Positions 41,295 through 57,704 of a stretch of DNA of 64,000 nt are shown here, piece by piece. A program made the translations under genes and the position numbers. The notes beneath the pieces are model-generated. The model made no database searches. It was not told where the DNA came from and was given only the letters and a program-made list of their open reading frames with translations. Source of the stretch: Octopus vulgaris (Eukaryota); the NCBI GenBank assembly GCA_951406725.2, contig OX597825.1:66464001-66528000 (forward strand). Direction: 5' to 3'. The first letter of the stretch is position 1. Every line of letters starts with the position of its first letter.

Positions 41295-42040
41295 TTTGGC
41301 CCTAGGCCAGAAATTTGGTGGGAAGGAACTCAGTCGATTACATCAGCCCCAGCGGTCAACTGGTACGATTCTTTCTCATCGATGCCGAAAGGATGAAAGG
41401 CAAAATCGAAATCAGAAGAATTTGAATTCCAAACGTAAAGACGGACGAAATACCGCCAAGCATTTTCTCGGTGTACTAATGTTTCTTATTTCTTTATTGC
41501 CCACAAGAGACTACACACAGAGGGGACAAACAAGGACAGACAAAGGGATTAAGCCGATTACATCGACCCCAGTGCGTAACTGGTACTTGTTTAATCGACT
41601 CCGAAAGGATGAAAGGCAAAGTCGACCTCGGTGGTATTTGAATTAAGAACGTAAAGACAGATGAAATGCCGCTAAGTGGGGAGGTGACTAGTAGATTATA
41701 TCGATCCCAATGTTTCACTGGTACTAAATTTATCGACTTCAAAAGGATGAAAGGCAAAGTCGAACTCGGCGGAATTTGAACTCAGAACGTAGCGATAAGC
41801 GAAATACCACTTTCTCATCGTAATCATTTCTGCTGAAGGCCACAAGGCCTCAGATTTCTGGGTAGGAGACTAGTCAATTGCATCGACTCCAGTGTTTCAC
41901 TGGTACTTAATTTATCGACCCCGAAAGGATGAAAGGCAAAATTGACCTCGGCGAAATTCGAACTCAGAGCGAAACGACGGTCGAAATATCCGCTAAGCAT
42001 TTCATCCAGCGCGCTGACGATTCTGCCAGTTCGCCACCGT
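41295..42040 (-). mobile_element. Cluster of family A SINEs (old and young subfamilies)
   Basis: Four core repeats. Confidence 0.8.
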
Positions 42041-42155
42041 CTCTCGTTTAATGATAGCATTAATAAATTAGCAATAACAAAGAATCGTAAAAGTTTGCGT
42101 TTGGAAACAGACAGGTAACCAAACGAACAAAAACAAATAACAAACAACACAACAG

Positions 42156-42373
42156 TATTTCACTACTGCCCACAAGGGGCTAAACACAGAGGGGACAAAC
42201 GGATTATGTCGATTACATCGACCCCAGGGTGTAACTGGTACTTAATTTATCGACCCCGAAAGGATGAAAGGCAAAGTCGACCTCGGCGGAATTTGAACTC
42301 AGAACGTAACGGCAGACGAAATACGGCCACGCATTTCGCCCGGCGTGCTAACGAGTCTGCCAGCTCGCCGCCT
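42156..42373 (-). mobile_element. SINE family A with 18-bp TSD
   Basis: TAACAAACAACACAACAG at 42138-42155 and 42374-42391. Confidence 0.9.
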
Positions 42374-42910
42374 TAACAAACAACACAACAGACGTAATTA
42401 AACGTGTTGTAGGAGTACCATGTGCAGTCTTCGAACCACGCCCCAAAATTAAAACAGCACACACAGGAGGAGTTTGATCACTTTGTTAGCAATTAAAGAA
42501 ACTTTGGCGGGTTATGGAGTAGCATTTCTCACTCGTCACAAAAGTTTACTAGTAAACCGTAACAACGAAAACAAATAGATAGGAAAACAATTGTCAGGAT
42601 AAAGCTGAGAGGTCAAAATGTCGACGTTTGAACACTTCGTATCGTCGTCGATGGGACACGGAACATGGTATCGTTTAAATGTTTTCGTTAACATTTTTAA
42701 GGAGAACGCTGTTGAGAATATACGGTTAACAGGTTCGAATATAGAGTAAAGACGACAGCAAAATCATACATGGCAATAAATTTAGATGTATATAGCCACC
42801 GCAGTATATATATATAAAAGTATGTTACTAAATTTGAGAGAATATGAACTGAACAGAAAATCATTTATACAAACTAACAAACATACATTCATATACAAAT
42901 ATATACGTAC

Positions 42911-43040
42911 GTACGTGTGTATATTGGTATGTGTCTACCGAACGTGTGTATATTGGTACGTGTGTATATTGGTATGTGCCTACCGAACGTGTGTATATTG
43001 GTACGTGTGTATATTGGTATGTGTGTATATTGGTATGTGT
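42911..43040 (+). repeat. Higher-order minisatellite (GTGTGTATATTGGTA subunits, ~45-bp period)
   Basis: Directly visible tandem units. Confidence 0.8.
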
Positions 43041-43304
43041 CTATCAAAAATGGACCAAAGGTCCTGTCCAAGATGGGATCAGAAGGTTGGTTTGAAGGTC
43101 CGCTGCAGGATTCTATTCAATTTTACTAGCTGGATGGAACTGGAGCAAGGGAAAATGAAGTGTTTTTCTTGAGGACACAATGGATCGTCTGCTCCAAGAA
43201 TCTAAATCAGAGTATCATGATCAAGAGTGCAACACCTTAACCACTAAACCACGCGACTTCATCCCCCACACATATATGAATATATATATGTGCGTGTGTA
43301 TATA

Positions 43305-43501
43305 TACATGATAGTTCGTTAGCTACTACACGCATTTTTTTTCTCTCCTTGTTTTTTTTTCTGTGTATCTTTCTGTCGAAGAGCGTAGGCTCGAAACGTA
43401 AAAGACTTGTTCTATTTCTATTCCTGAGCGCCATACTAATACATTTGTTTGTTTGTACTCCACCTGCCTTCGTCTTTTGTTTATTTTCGTAAACCTTCCC
43501 G

Positions 43502-43503
<2 letters not shown>
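43305..43503 (+). mobile_element. Short PLE-type terminal fragment with hammerhead fold, ending in (TA)n
   Basis: tcttt-CTGTCGA-agagcgtaggctc-GAAAC-GTA-aaaga at 43368-43405; a second copy of the 3' part lies at 7632-7735 (-). Confidence 0.65.
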
Positions 43504-43571
<68 letters not shown>

Positions 43572-43731
43572 GTATATGTATGGTATAGTGTGTGCGCGTG
43601 CGTGTAGCATTGGTGTGGTATGTGTGTGTGCTTGTGAGACCATACACAAATATAACATAAATACATATATTTATACATACTTAAAGACTTTTAATATATA
43701 TATATATAGATATGTAGGCACATAATATATC

Positions 43732-43773
<42 letters not shown>

Positions 43774-43995
43774 TGTATATGTATGCATGTCTGTACTACG
43801 TATGTATGCATGCATGTATATATGTATGTATGTATGTACGTTCGTACGTATGTATGTGTGTGAATATATATCATATATATATATATGTGAATATATATAT
43901 TATACATGTTATATATATATTATATATATATTATGTATGATATATATATATATTATATGTATATATCTTATAATATATATTTTATATTATATATA

Positions 43996-44049
<54 letters not shown>

Positions 44050-44061
44050 TATATATTTTGC

Positions 44062-44124
<63 letters not shown>

Positions 44125-44209
44125 GAACGTAAACAAAACCACGCATGCTGTCATACACAATTTCTTACATTCAGATTGATGAACATAAGGAATGGAAATG
44201 TCTACTTAC

Positions 44210-44275
44210 TGTTTTGGCCAATACCAACAAGAAACAGATTGTGATGGCAACAAATGACAAATGTTTGCAGAACAT
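44210..44275 (-). CDS. SCP: Small cardioactive peptide-related peptide precursor, coding exon 1 (signal peptide MFCKHLSFVAITICFLLVLAKT)
   Basis: Minus strand reads aaaaATG, then 22 codons of a hydrophobic signal peptide, then a perfect GTAAGT donor (44209-44204). A TATA box lies ~125 nt upstream. The sequence matches my recollection of the Octopus vulgaris SCPRP N-terminus and resembles cuttlefish sCAP signal peptides (not searched). Confidence 0.9.
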
Positions 44276-44369
44276 TTTTGAGTTCCTGTGTGTGTTTATG
44301 TTTGTGATTGTGATTTTTTTTCTTCTGCAGCCCTTCAAACAGACTTCTCAGAAAGAATTCTTCTTCGTT

Positions 44370-44402
44370 TACTATATACTGTTCGCCTGGTACCTCTTAT
44401 AA
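44370..44402 (-). promoter_or_regulatory. Core promoter of SCP gene: TATA box (TATAAGAG 44401-44394) and Inr-like ATAGT, predicted TSS ~44373
   Basis: TATA to Inr-like spacing is ~28 nt, followed by ~100 nt of 5' UTR to the ATG at 44275. Confidence 0.65.
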
Positions 44403-44614
44403 ATTACGTTGTTGTTTTAAGGTGTGTGTATATATATATATATATAAATATGTAAATATATGAATAAATTAATATTTAAATATATATTTATAGTTTTTCT
44501 TCTCTGTTTTTTTTAGGTTTTTGAGAATGTACCACCACTGTTAGGATTTGCTGAGAAGAATGTATGATAATATTCATTATTTTTCAGCATCTTATATTGT
44601 TAGTAAAGGCAGGG

Positions 44615-44702
44615 CTTCGTGATGTCACGAGAACAAATACGTCCAATCAGCAACCGGTATTGATTTCCGGCCGATGGTGTCGGCGGACTTGATTGCAAAT
44701 AA
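44615..44702. promoter_or_regulatory. Proximal promoter motif cluster (CRE-like, CCAAT, ETS, C/EBP-octamer-like)
   Basis: Non-repetitive GC-richer island containing TCGTGATGTCACGA (44617-44630), CCAATCAG (44643-44650), TTCCGG (44665-44670) and ATTGCAAAT (44692-44700), ~250-330 nt upstream of the TSS. Confidence 0.5.
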
Positions 44703-45186
44703 AATCCCACACAGAAAGATATACGCACAAACACAGAAGCGGTATAAACACACGTGTGACACATTGACAAAACACAGACACGAATACGCATTCTCTTTCA
44801 CACGCCTTCTTACTCTCCCTATCTCTCTCTCTTTCTCTCACATGCACATACACCATATATACATGCATATACACACATATGCATACGTACGGGCACGCAC
44901 GCACTCTCTCATTGAAATTTGTAAATGCAACATGGCCGCCTACATACATACAAAACTACAAAACTACATGTGCACATACACAAACACACACACAAAGATA
45001 TGTGCGTACCTACATATATGCATTCATATAGCGATACCTGTATACGTTCATATATACATACATACATACGCATATACGAAAATACTAATATATATCATAT
45101 TGCAATTTTACATCCCACAAAAACACACCCATACCAAGATACAATCGTTGTCATATTTAATCATTTGGTGACTCGTATCTCACAGA

Positions 45187-45259
<73 letters not shown>

Positions 45260-45446
45260 CATATATATATGTACATATGCATCTATCTCTACATATCACA
45301 CTATACGTCATATGTATGTAGAAATGTATACATACATCTATAAAAAAATGTCTCCTAATCCACACGCACACACGCACACACATATACATGTATGTATGTA
45401 TGTATGTATCTATCTACCTATCTACCTATCTTTCTTTCTACCTTTA

Positions 45447-45496
<50 letters not shown>

Positions 45497-45542
45497 TATA
45501 TATCTATATATACGTATGTATGTATGTAAGTATGTATGTATG

Positions 45543-45619
<77 letters not shown>

Positions 45620-45628
45620 GTCTTTCTG

Positions 45629-45693
<65 letters not shown>

Positions 45694-45863
45694 CTGTATA
45701 GTACGTCTTTACGTTCTGAGTTCAAATCTCGCCGAGGTCGACTTTACCTTTCATTCTGTCGAGGTTGATAAAACGAATAATAATCAAGCACTAGTGGGCG
45801 TTACATACATATCTACATACACATATACATACATACACCTATTCTCATACATACACACACATA

Positions 45864-46055
45864 CGTGGGGGCGCTGAAAATTCCTGTCTTTAAAGGTGTC
45901 GCGACAGACCCGGTTGGAGGGCCAACCTTCCAAGTTCTTTGAAAAGGCCTAAAAAAACTGAAAGACCACTGCAATAAGTGTTTGAATCTCAGAGGAGAAT
46001 TTGTGGGATAAAGTCATAATCAAATGATCCTCCAAGAACTCTCCAGCAGCCCCTC

Positions 46056-46056
<1 letters not shown>
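45864..46056 (+). mobile_element. Mariner-derived MITE
   Basis: TA-flanked TIRs CG(A/T)GGGG..GCTG.A.A.TTC. The interior retains the mariner C-terminus (GLKKLKDHCNKCLNLRGEFVG). Confidence 0.75.
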
Positions 46057-46125
<69 letters not shown>

Positions 46126-46331
46126 TACTTCATATTACTTCTGTGTATTGTATTTGGTTACATACTTATGCTCGCCCTGCAATCATTAAATATTGTGGGA
46201 CCGCTGTCGCTTATGACTATATTCTTATTCCTGTACCTTGGCTAAAATAAACAAAAGAAACTTCATGCCAAAGTAGTAAATAATCGAGAGAAAAATCCAT
46301 GGTTTTCTCTAAAAAAACTTATATATAAACA

Positions 46332-46728
46332 AGGCGCAGGAGTGACTGTGTGGTAAGTAGCTTGTTAACCAACCACATGGTTCTGGGTTCAGTCCCGCTG
46401 CGTGGCATCTTGGGCAAGTGTCTTCTGCTATAGCCCCGAGCCGACCAATGCCTTGTGAGTGGATTTGGTAGACGGAAACTGAAAGAAGCCTGTCGTATAT
46501 ATGTATATGTATATGTTTGTGTGTGTTTGTGTGTCTGTGTTTGTCCCTGTACCATTGCTTGACAACCGATGCTGGTGTGTTTACGTCCCCGTCACTTAGC
46601 GGTTCGGCAAAAGAGACCGATAGAATAAGTACTGGGCTTACAAAGAATAAGTCCCGGGGTATATTTGCTCGACTAAAGGCGGTGCTCCAGCATGGCCGCA
46701 GTCAAATGACTGAAACAAGTAAAAGAGT
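46332..46728 (+). mobile_element. SINE family B, full length
   Basis: Same consensus. Confidence 0.88.
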
Positions 46729-46884
46729 ATATGTTTACGAAACTTCAGGTTTGAGCTACTCTCTTTCCGTCTCTTTCCTCAGCTTCACTCCGGCTTACCC
46801 CAACCACTCTTGAAAAGACTATAGGGTGAAAGAATAAGCAGAGATATTTGAACCTCTGACACAGTGCCTCATGTTATTTGTTTC

Positions 46885-48380
46885 GACCCTCCACACTCTG
46901 AGTTCAAATCCTGCCGGCGCATATTTCGCGATTTTATCGTTCCGGCGGCGACAAAAACAATTCGCTGTAGAGAATTGGCGGAAGTGTAAAAACGTCGAAC
47001 TATTTGTCCTGCATCATTTATTCCGGCCTTTGAAGGCATCAAACTGCCAGAATCTCTAACTCTCCACCTTTACGTTCTGAGCGCAAATACTGCAGGGGTC
47101 GACTTTGCCTTCCATCAATTCCAGGCCGATAAAATAAGTACCAGTTAAGCACTGGAATCGATGTGATCGATTAGCCTTCTCCTTCAAAATTTCAGGCATT
47201 ATGCTGATAGTAGCAAAGAATATTTGTTACAGCTTTCGAAGGCGGTGAGCTAGAAGAAACGTTAGCACACTGGGTAAGACACTTAACAGCATTTCTTCCG
47301 TCTTAACGTTCTGAGTTGAAAATTTTATTGGGTCTGACTACGCTGTTCCTCTAGCAGCCGATAAAATAAGTGCCAGATGAGCACTGGGGTGGGGGGTCGA
47401 CGTATCCGACTAGCTCCCTCCCGTAAAATTTTACATCTTGTGCCTGTAGTAGAAAAACTTTGCCATTCATCCTTAAGACGTCGATAAAATAAAGTATCAG
47501 ACAAGAACCGGAATTGATGGTATAGATTAATCCTCTCCATGTGAACAGCAGGCCCTGTTCTTAAAGTAGAAATCATTATTATTACTAGGCCGGTGCAGCG
47601 GCAGGATGGCTTGAACATCAAATGAAATGTCCTTCATATTTAGTTACGTCAGTTTGCATTTTGAGTTGAAATTCCATCGTGGTCAAATAGATCATTATGT
47701 ATAGACACATAGCACGAGATTCGGGTTGAATAATTTTATGATCTCTCTTCCTTCAAATCCCAAGTTTTGTGCCTATATTAAAAGTAATTATTATTATTAC
47801 TGTACAATAAGGCAGCGAGCTGGTAGAATCGTTAGCGGACGGGATACCTATTTCTTTATTACCCACAAGGGGCTAAACATAGAGGGGACAAACAAGGACA
47901 GACATAGGTATTAAGTCGATTACATCGACCCCAGTGCGTAACTGGTGCTTAATTTATCGACCCCAAAAGGATGAAAGGCAAAGTCGACCTCGGCGGAATT
48001 TGAACTCAGAACGTAACGGCAGACGAAATGCCGCCAAGTATTTCGCCCGTCGCTACGTTCTGTGTTCAAATTCCGCCGAGGTCGACTTTGCCTTTCATCC
48101 TTTCGGGGTCAATAATATAAGTCAAGTACTGTTTCCCCACAAAAATCCAGGCTTTGTGCCTGTAGTAGAAAGGGTTATTATTACAATAAAAGTAGGCGAG
48201 CTTGAAGAATCGTTACCGTGGCGCATACAATTGTTAGCGGTTCAAATGCCGGTGAGATCGAATTTGCCGTTCATCCTTCTGGGGTCGATGAAATAAACAC
48301 TAGTTGATCTCTGGTGTCGCACTAATCGATTAATCTCTATCACTCTAAAAGTTGCTGGCCTTGTGTCAAAATTTGAAATA
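46885..48380. mobile_element. Dense cluster of mostly degenerate family A SINEs, including an inverted pair at 47850-48115
   Basis: Repeated gagttcaaat..gtcgactttgcctt..gataaaataagtaccag motifs. Confidence 0.7.
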
Positions 48381-48974
48381 TTTGATTATTTCGGCTTTGT
48401 GCCGTCTGTGTACAATTTCTTCTGTCTCCTGCTTGGGTGCAAAAACTAAATCCGTTGCCTGGTTCTTGACCTCGGCATCTCCTAACCTGGGTGCTTTTGG
48501 CAGAATTTAATCCGTGGCAAGCATTCGGGTAGGACATCCGGTTTGAAGAGAACACCACCTCTGCAAACATACTCTGAGGGCCTGAAACGTTTACCTGATT
48601 GCTCTTCCTTACTGATTAGAAAATGGAGGTGGTGGTTGTGCTGGTGGTTGAAACAAAAACAAAAAGAAAAAACTGCACAAATTAATGCAAACATAGTTTC
48701 ACTGCAACAGATGGAGAAAAGCGCACATGCACATAATGCATATGAACACATCGCTTGCTTTATGCATCTATACCGCACAGCACTTGTTAATTACTACTTA
48801 GCAATTCCCGCTTAAAAAAGCCGCAAGGTTTTATGATTTTATTAAAATCTGTGCAAACACATTTGCAGAAGCGGTTCAACGGCTAAACGGCTAATACATG
48901 GAAAATGAAAGCAGCCAGCTAATAAATCTATGTATCTGTGTACAATCTATTCCATATTCTAAACTATGTCACCA

Positions 48975-51780
<2,806 letters not shown>

Positions 51781-51787
51781 TATTGTG

Positions 51788-52095
51788 GAGATCCCCTTCA
51801 GTCATGAATGATCATGGGATTGCACCTAGAAAGTTACCCTCCCAGGCACAAGTCCGGGCAAGGTTATTTATGGAAGGCCAGCAGTCGTCCATGCATACTG
51901 GCCTCCCCTCTCTACACCACTGAAGTTATCCAAGGGAAAGGCAAAGGGGCTGATACAGCTTGACACCAGTGATGTCGCAACTCATTTCTACAGCTGAGTG
52001 AACTGGAGCAACTTGAAATGAAGCGTCTTGCTCAGGAACACAACACACAGCCCGGTCCGGGAATCAAACTCACAGCCTCACAATCGTAAGCCCAA
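51788..52095 (-). mobile_element. SINE family D
   Basis: Same consensus. Confidence 0.85.
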
Positions 52096-52433
52096 GGAGT
52101 AAATATTCAGATGTGAATATTTATATAGATATTATTTTTATCATTATCTACGGTGAATATAAATAGTTGATAATAACTACAACAATAATATAGGCTTTAA
52201 ATATCATTAGATAACTATGGAATAAAAATTTATATTCATCTGAAGGGCACGCAGGACGCTTACTTGCTAGAAAGAAGAGTTAAAACCTTCATTTAAACCA
52301 CCAATAACATTGAAAATTTCAACAGAAAAACAACAGTTACCTGGAGAGGGGGTTAAATAATTTTGACATGCCAAATATAGCTCAATACTAAATATTTTGG
52401 TAATGGATACACTTGGAACATGATTCCTAGTTC

Positions 52434-52562
<129 letters not shown>

Positions 52563-52568
52563 TGTGTG

Positions 52569-52872
52569 TGGAGGCGCAATGGCCTAGTGGTTAGGGCAGC
52601 AGACTCGCGGTCGGAAATCGCAGTTTCGATTCCCAGACCGAGCGTTGTGTGTGTTTATTGAGCGAAAACACCTAAAAGCTCCACGAGGCTCCGGCAGGGT
52701 GTGTGTGTGGCGTCCCCTGTTTTACTCTTTTGACACAATTTTCTCTCACTCTCCCTTCTTGTTTCTTGAGTAACGCTGTGATGGACTGGCGTCCCGTCCA
52801 GCTGGGGGGAACACATACGCCGCAGAGACCGGGAAACCGGGCCCATGAGCCTCGCTAGGCTTGAAAAGGGTG
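52569..52872 (+). mobile_element. SINE family C
   Basis: Near-identical organisation to 16923-17225. Confidence 0.85.
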
Positions 52873-53454
52873 ACGTTTTTTCTATATATATACGTACAGA
52901 CACAAACACACAAACAAACACACACAAACACACACACACGTTTCTCTATCGAATGTTACAGTAACCATCAGCACCCTTCTTGTTGCACTGCACCATGTAC
53001 AGTCTTTGATGATTGTACTCCTCTAAGTGCAGCAGTTATGGAGAATGCAGCTACGCTTGTGCCCGATACGAAATTGCTAATACAGATAACTATTCTACAA
53101 CCACTGCATGTCCTAAGAGACGAAGGACGTAGTGCTCTTTGAACACTGCAGTTGCCTTTTTATGGATTGTCGTCCCGACTGCTGCAACGACAAGTGTCAC
53201 CTCTTTGATGCCATATTCATGATCCACAAGCACATTTATATATCTCAATAATTCTTTATACGTTTTGCTATGGTAATAAGGTCTGGAATTTTGGAGGAAG
53301 CGGCTTATCGATTACAACGACCTCAGAGTTGAATTGGTACTGACTTTATCGACCCGGAAAGAATAAAAGGTAAAGTCGACCTCGGCGGCATTTGAACTCA
53401 GAACGTAAAACCAGAAGAAATGCTGCTAAGCATTTTGTCTGGCTTTACACAGTA

Positions 53455-53680
53455 TACTCTTTTACTCTTTTACTTGTTTCAGTCACTTGTCTGCGGCCAT
53501 GCTAGAGCACTGCCTTTAGTCGAGCAAATCGACCCGGGTCTTATTCTTTGTAAGCCCAGTAATTATTCTATCGGTCTCTTTTGTCGAACCGCTAAGGTAC
53601 GGGGACGTAAACACACCAGCATCGGTTGTCAAGCAATGCTAGGGGGACAAACACAGACACACAAACATATACACACATAC

Positions 53681-53731
<51 letters not shown>

Positions 53732-53895
53732 CGACAGGCTTCTTTCAGTTTCCGTCTACCAAATCCACTCACAAGGCATTGGTCGGCCCGAGGCTATAAC
53801 AGAAGACACTTGCCCAAGATGTCATGCAGTGGGACTCAACCAGGAACCATGTGGTTGGTAAGCAAGCTACTTACCACACAACCACTCCTGCGCCT
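53455..53895 (-). mobile_element. SINE family B, full length
   Basis: Same consensus. Confidence 0.88.
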
Positions 53896-54314
53896 ATGTA
53901 TGTATATTTTAGGCATATATTCTAAATATAATCACATCAGAATTTATGCATAAGAAGTAGTGCGAATCAATGATGAGAAATACACAAACTTTAAGTTAGT
54001 TCAAATATGCTTGTGACATATTTCAACTTCTAAAAGCAATCTCACTGCAGCTTACCGTGCAGGAAAAAATTCTGACTGCTGTTAAAGGCGTAAAGCAAAC
54101 CATTAACAGTTCGGTGGCGCCTTTTCTTGGCCTCTTAGATAGATTTCTGGCTAGTTATATCTTCCTTAGTAGGAGATACCAAAGAGAGATAACCCTCGGG
54201 TGGGGGTGGGGTGGGGGGGGGTGGGGGGCTAGAAAACTGTGAAAGGCATACAAAGACAATACAAATTATATGATATAAAGTGAATTCGTTTTGATCTATC
54301 TATCTATCTATCTC

Positions 54315-54370
<56 letters not shown>

Positions 54371-54398
54371 CCTGTCTGTCTGTCTGTCTGTCTTTCTA

Positions 54399-54471
<73 letters not shown>

Positions 54472-54536
54472 GAATCTGTCTAGTTACCTGTCTGCTTGTC
54501 TGTCTGTCTGTCTGTCTTCCCCTCTTTCTTTATTCA

Positions 54537-54583
<47 letters not shown>

Positions 54584-54720
54584 ATCTATCTATCTCCCTC
54601 ACTATCGCTCTCTAACTCCCCCCTTCTCTCAATATACGGATGAATATATATATATACAGGGTGGACCAAAACTCAAGCACCAAAACATTTCACAATTTAT
54701 TTGTAATTATTATTGTTATT

Positions 54721-54752
<32 letters not shown>

Positions 54753-54926
54753 CGTCGTCGCCGCTGTCATCATCATCATCATCATCATTACCATCATCAT
54801 CGTTATTATTATAATCTTATTATCATTTTATTCATCATGTACAAGTACGTGTGAATTCATCATTATTCTATTTATTTTATTCAAGTTTTGGAAAAATTGA
54901 AGCATGGCTTTGACAGTTGTATGACA

Positions 54927-54965
<39 letters not shown>

Positions 54966-55152
54966 CGCACTCTATTGACAGATTTACGATTGCATCTTTC
55001 CCTGACTTATGGACGTATCGTTTCGTCTTTTGATTTGGAAATCTTAATAAATGTTGAGAAAGGAGAAATTAAGAAACGAAGTTATCGATTAATGGAAGAG
55101 GATATCACTACTACAGAAATAACAAATCTATCTTTCTGTGTATATGTATATA

Positions 55153-55313
55153 CAGGAGTGGATGTGTGGTAAGTAGCTTGCTAAACAACCACATGTTTCC
55201 GGGTTCAGTCCCACTGCGTGGCATCTTGGGCAAGTGTCTTCTGCTATAGCCTCGGGCCGACCAATTCCTTGTGAGTGGATTTGGTAGACGGAAACTGAAA
55301 GAAGCCTGTCGTA

Positions 55314-55360
<47 letters not shown>

Positions 55361-55572
55361 GCGTGTGTTTGTGTGTCTGCGTTTGTCCCCCTAGCATTGC
55401 TTGACAACCCATGCTGGTGTGTTTACGTCCCCGTCACTTAGCGGTTCGGCAAAAGAGACTGATAGAATAAGTACTAGGCTTACAAAGAATAAGTCTCGGG
55501 GTCGATTTGCTCGACTAAAGGCGGCGCTCCAGCATGGCCGCAGTCAAATGACTGAAACAAGTAAAAGAGTAA
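55153..55572 (+). mobile_element. SINE family B, full length
   Basis: Same consensus. Confidence 0.88.
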
Positions 55573-55606
55573 AAAAATATATATATATATATATATATTT
55601 TTTTTT

Positions 55607-55939
55607 TGACCCCCTTCGGTCATGAATGACCATGGGATTGCACCTAGAAAGTTACCCTCCTAGACACAAGTCCAGGCAAGGTTGTTTATGGAAGGCCAGC
55701 AGTCGCCCATGCATACCAGCCTCCCCTCTCCACGCCACCAGTGTTATCTAAGGGAAAGACAAAGGTCGATACGGTTGGCACCAGTGACGTCGCAACTCAT
55801 TTCTACAGCTGAGTGAACTGGAGCAACGTGAAATAAAGTGCTTTGCTCAAGAACACAACACGCAGCCCGGTCCGGGATTCGAGCTCACAACCTCACGATC
55901 GTAAGCTCGACGCTCTAACCACTGAGCCATGCGCCTTCA
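55607..55939 (-). mobile_element. SINE family D, full length
   Basis: Same consensus. Confidence 0.88.
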
Positions 55940-56034
55940 TATATATATGTATGTATGTATGTATGTATATCATACTATTATAAAACTCGATGTATATCTC
56001 GTAGGACACCCTAGAACCGCTCTTGTTTTAACCA

Positions 56035-56410
56035 AAACAAGAGCACTCAGAAAGCGCCAACCTCCACCAAGGCAACACCAACATTCTCTCAACGATTAGC
56101 CGGAGATGATTTTTAAAATAAGAATATATGAAACAAACTCGACTTCTCTCACAAACGAGAATACTAAAAATGAACCCGATTGCTCTTAAAAATTAAGTAA
56201 AAATTCCGGAAAAATAATCCAGATTCCTTGTCCAGGACCGAATCGATACGAAAATCTAATCAGTTTGTGCAAATCATAAAGCCAAGCATTTCTGAAAGTT
56301 TAATCCGAATCCAGCCAGTGGTTCTTGAGATATTTTGTCCATGGTCAAACAAGCAAACAAACAAATGCCCTGGAAACAATACCTCCGCCTTGGCTAAGGC
56401 AGACGTAATA
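56035..56410 (+). mobile_element. Non-autonomous Helentron (HINE/DINE-like)
   Basis: 5' AACAAGAGCACTCAG..AACCTCCACCAAGGC; internal AAAC repeats; 3' ACCTCCGCCTTGGCTAAGGCAGACGTAATAA hairpin/sub-TIR. Confidence 0.7.
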
Positions 56411-56734
56411 AAACTTCATATTTTTCTTTATCGTAAATTGTATTTAGTTTCGCAGTTTCACACACACACTCAACACGAATATATATATATATATGAACTA
56501 GGGACAGCTGATGAAGGGGATTTTTCCTTGTGTCGTTGTCTTGTACTCTGTTTTTTCGTTGTTAAAAAAATGGTCCGTTCCATGCTGTTTTTACTTTTTC
56601 GTTTCTCGTTGAGTTCTACGTCTATTTGTGGTGTCCTGTACACACGTATATATATTTATATATGCATGTATATATACATGTAGATGTAGGTACGTACATA
56701 CATGTTTGTATGTAAGCATACATTTTATTTATTA

Positions 56735-56771
<37 letters not shown>

Positions 56772-56812
56772 TAAATATTAAACACTTTTATTTCCAAAAT
56801 ATGATCGTTCAT

Positions 56813-56885
<73 letters not shown>

Positions 56886-57071
56886 TATATATACATACAC
56901 ATATATATATACATATAATTTGTTCCTTTCGACTTAGTTCATTTTTCTACGCTGGCCCTCTTTCATACACGTCCTTATTTTCTTTTCCGAATAAGGGATA
57001 ATATATTTTGCAGAATTCATCGTTGTAAGAAATGTAAACAGGCAGACGATTATTCACTTTCACGCACTCAG

Positions 57072-57460
57072 ATGTATATGTATGTATGTATGTGCGTGCG
57101 TATGTATGTATGTATGTATGTATGTATGTATGTATGTATGTATGTATGTATGTATGCATGTATGTATGCATGCATGCATGTATGTATGTATGTATGTATT
57201 ATGTATGTATGTATGCATGCATGTATGTATGTATGCATGTATGTATGTATGTATGTAATGTATGTATGTATGTATGCATGTATGTATGTATGTATGTATG
57301 TATGTATGCATGCATGTATGTATGTATGTATGTAATGTATGTATGTATGTATGTATGCATGCATGCATGTATGTATGTATGTATGTATGTATGTATGCAT
57401 GCATGTATGCATGTATGTATGTATGTTTGCATGTAATTATGTATGTATGTACGTACATAT
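57072..57460. repeat. (TATG)n/(CATG)n array
   Basis: Directly visible. Confidence 0.95.
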
Positions 57461-57704
57461 AAGCTTGTATACAAATATATATATACGTGTGTGTATGTGT
57501 ATGTATATATGGCTATATGTGTGCGTGAGGTTTCGTTGTACTGTCTCCTTGCCTTGTCGTCGAACAATGGTAGTAAGGGTCACTGTCATGGAAGGAGTGC
57601 TTTTCATTTCGAATCTGCCGTGTAAACAAGTATGGGCACGACGAAATTGTAGAAAGGTAAGGGTTGGCAACAGTAAGTGTATCCGGCCTTGCAAAATGTG
57701 TCTG

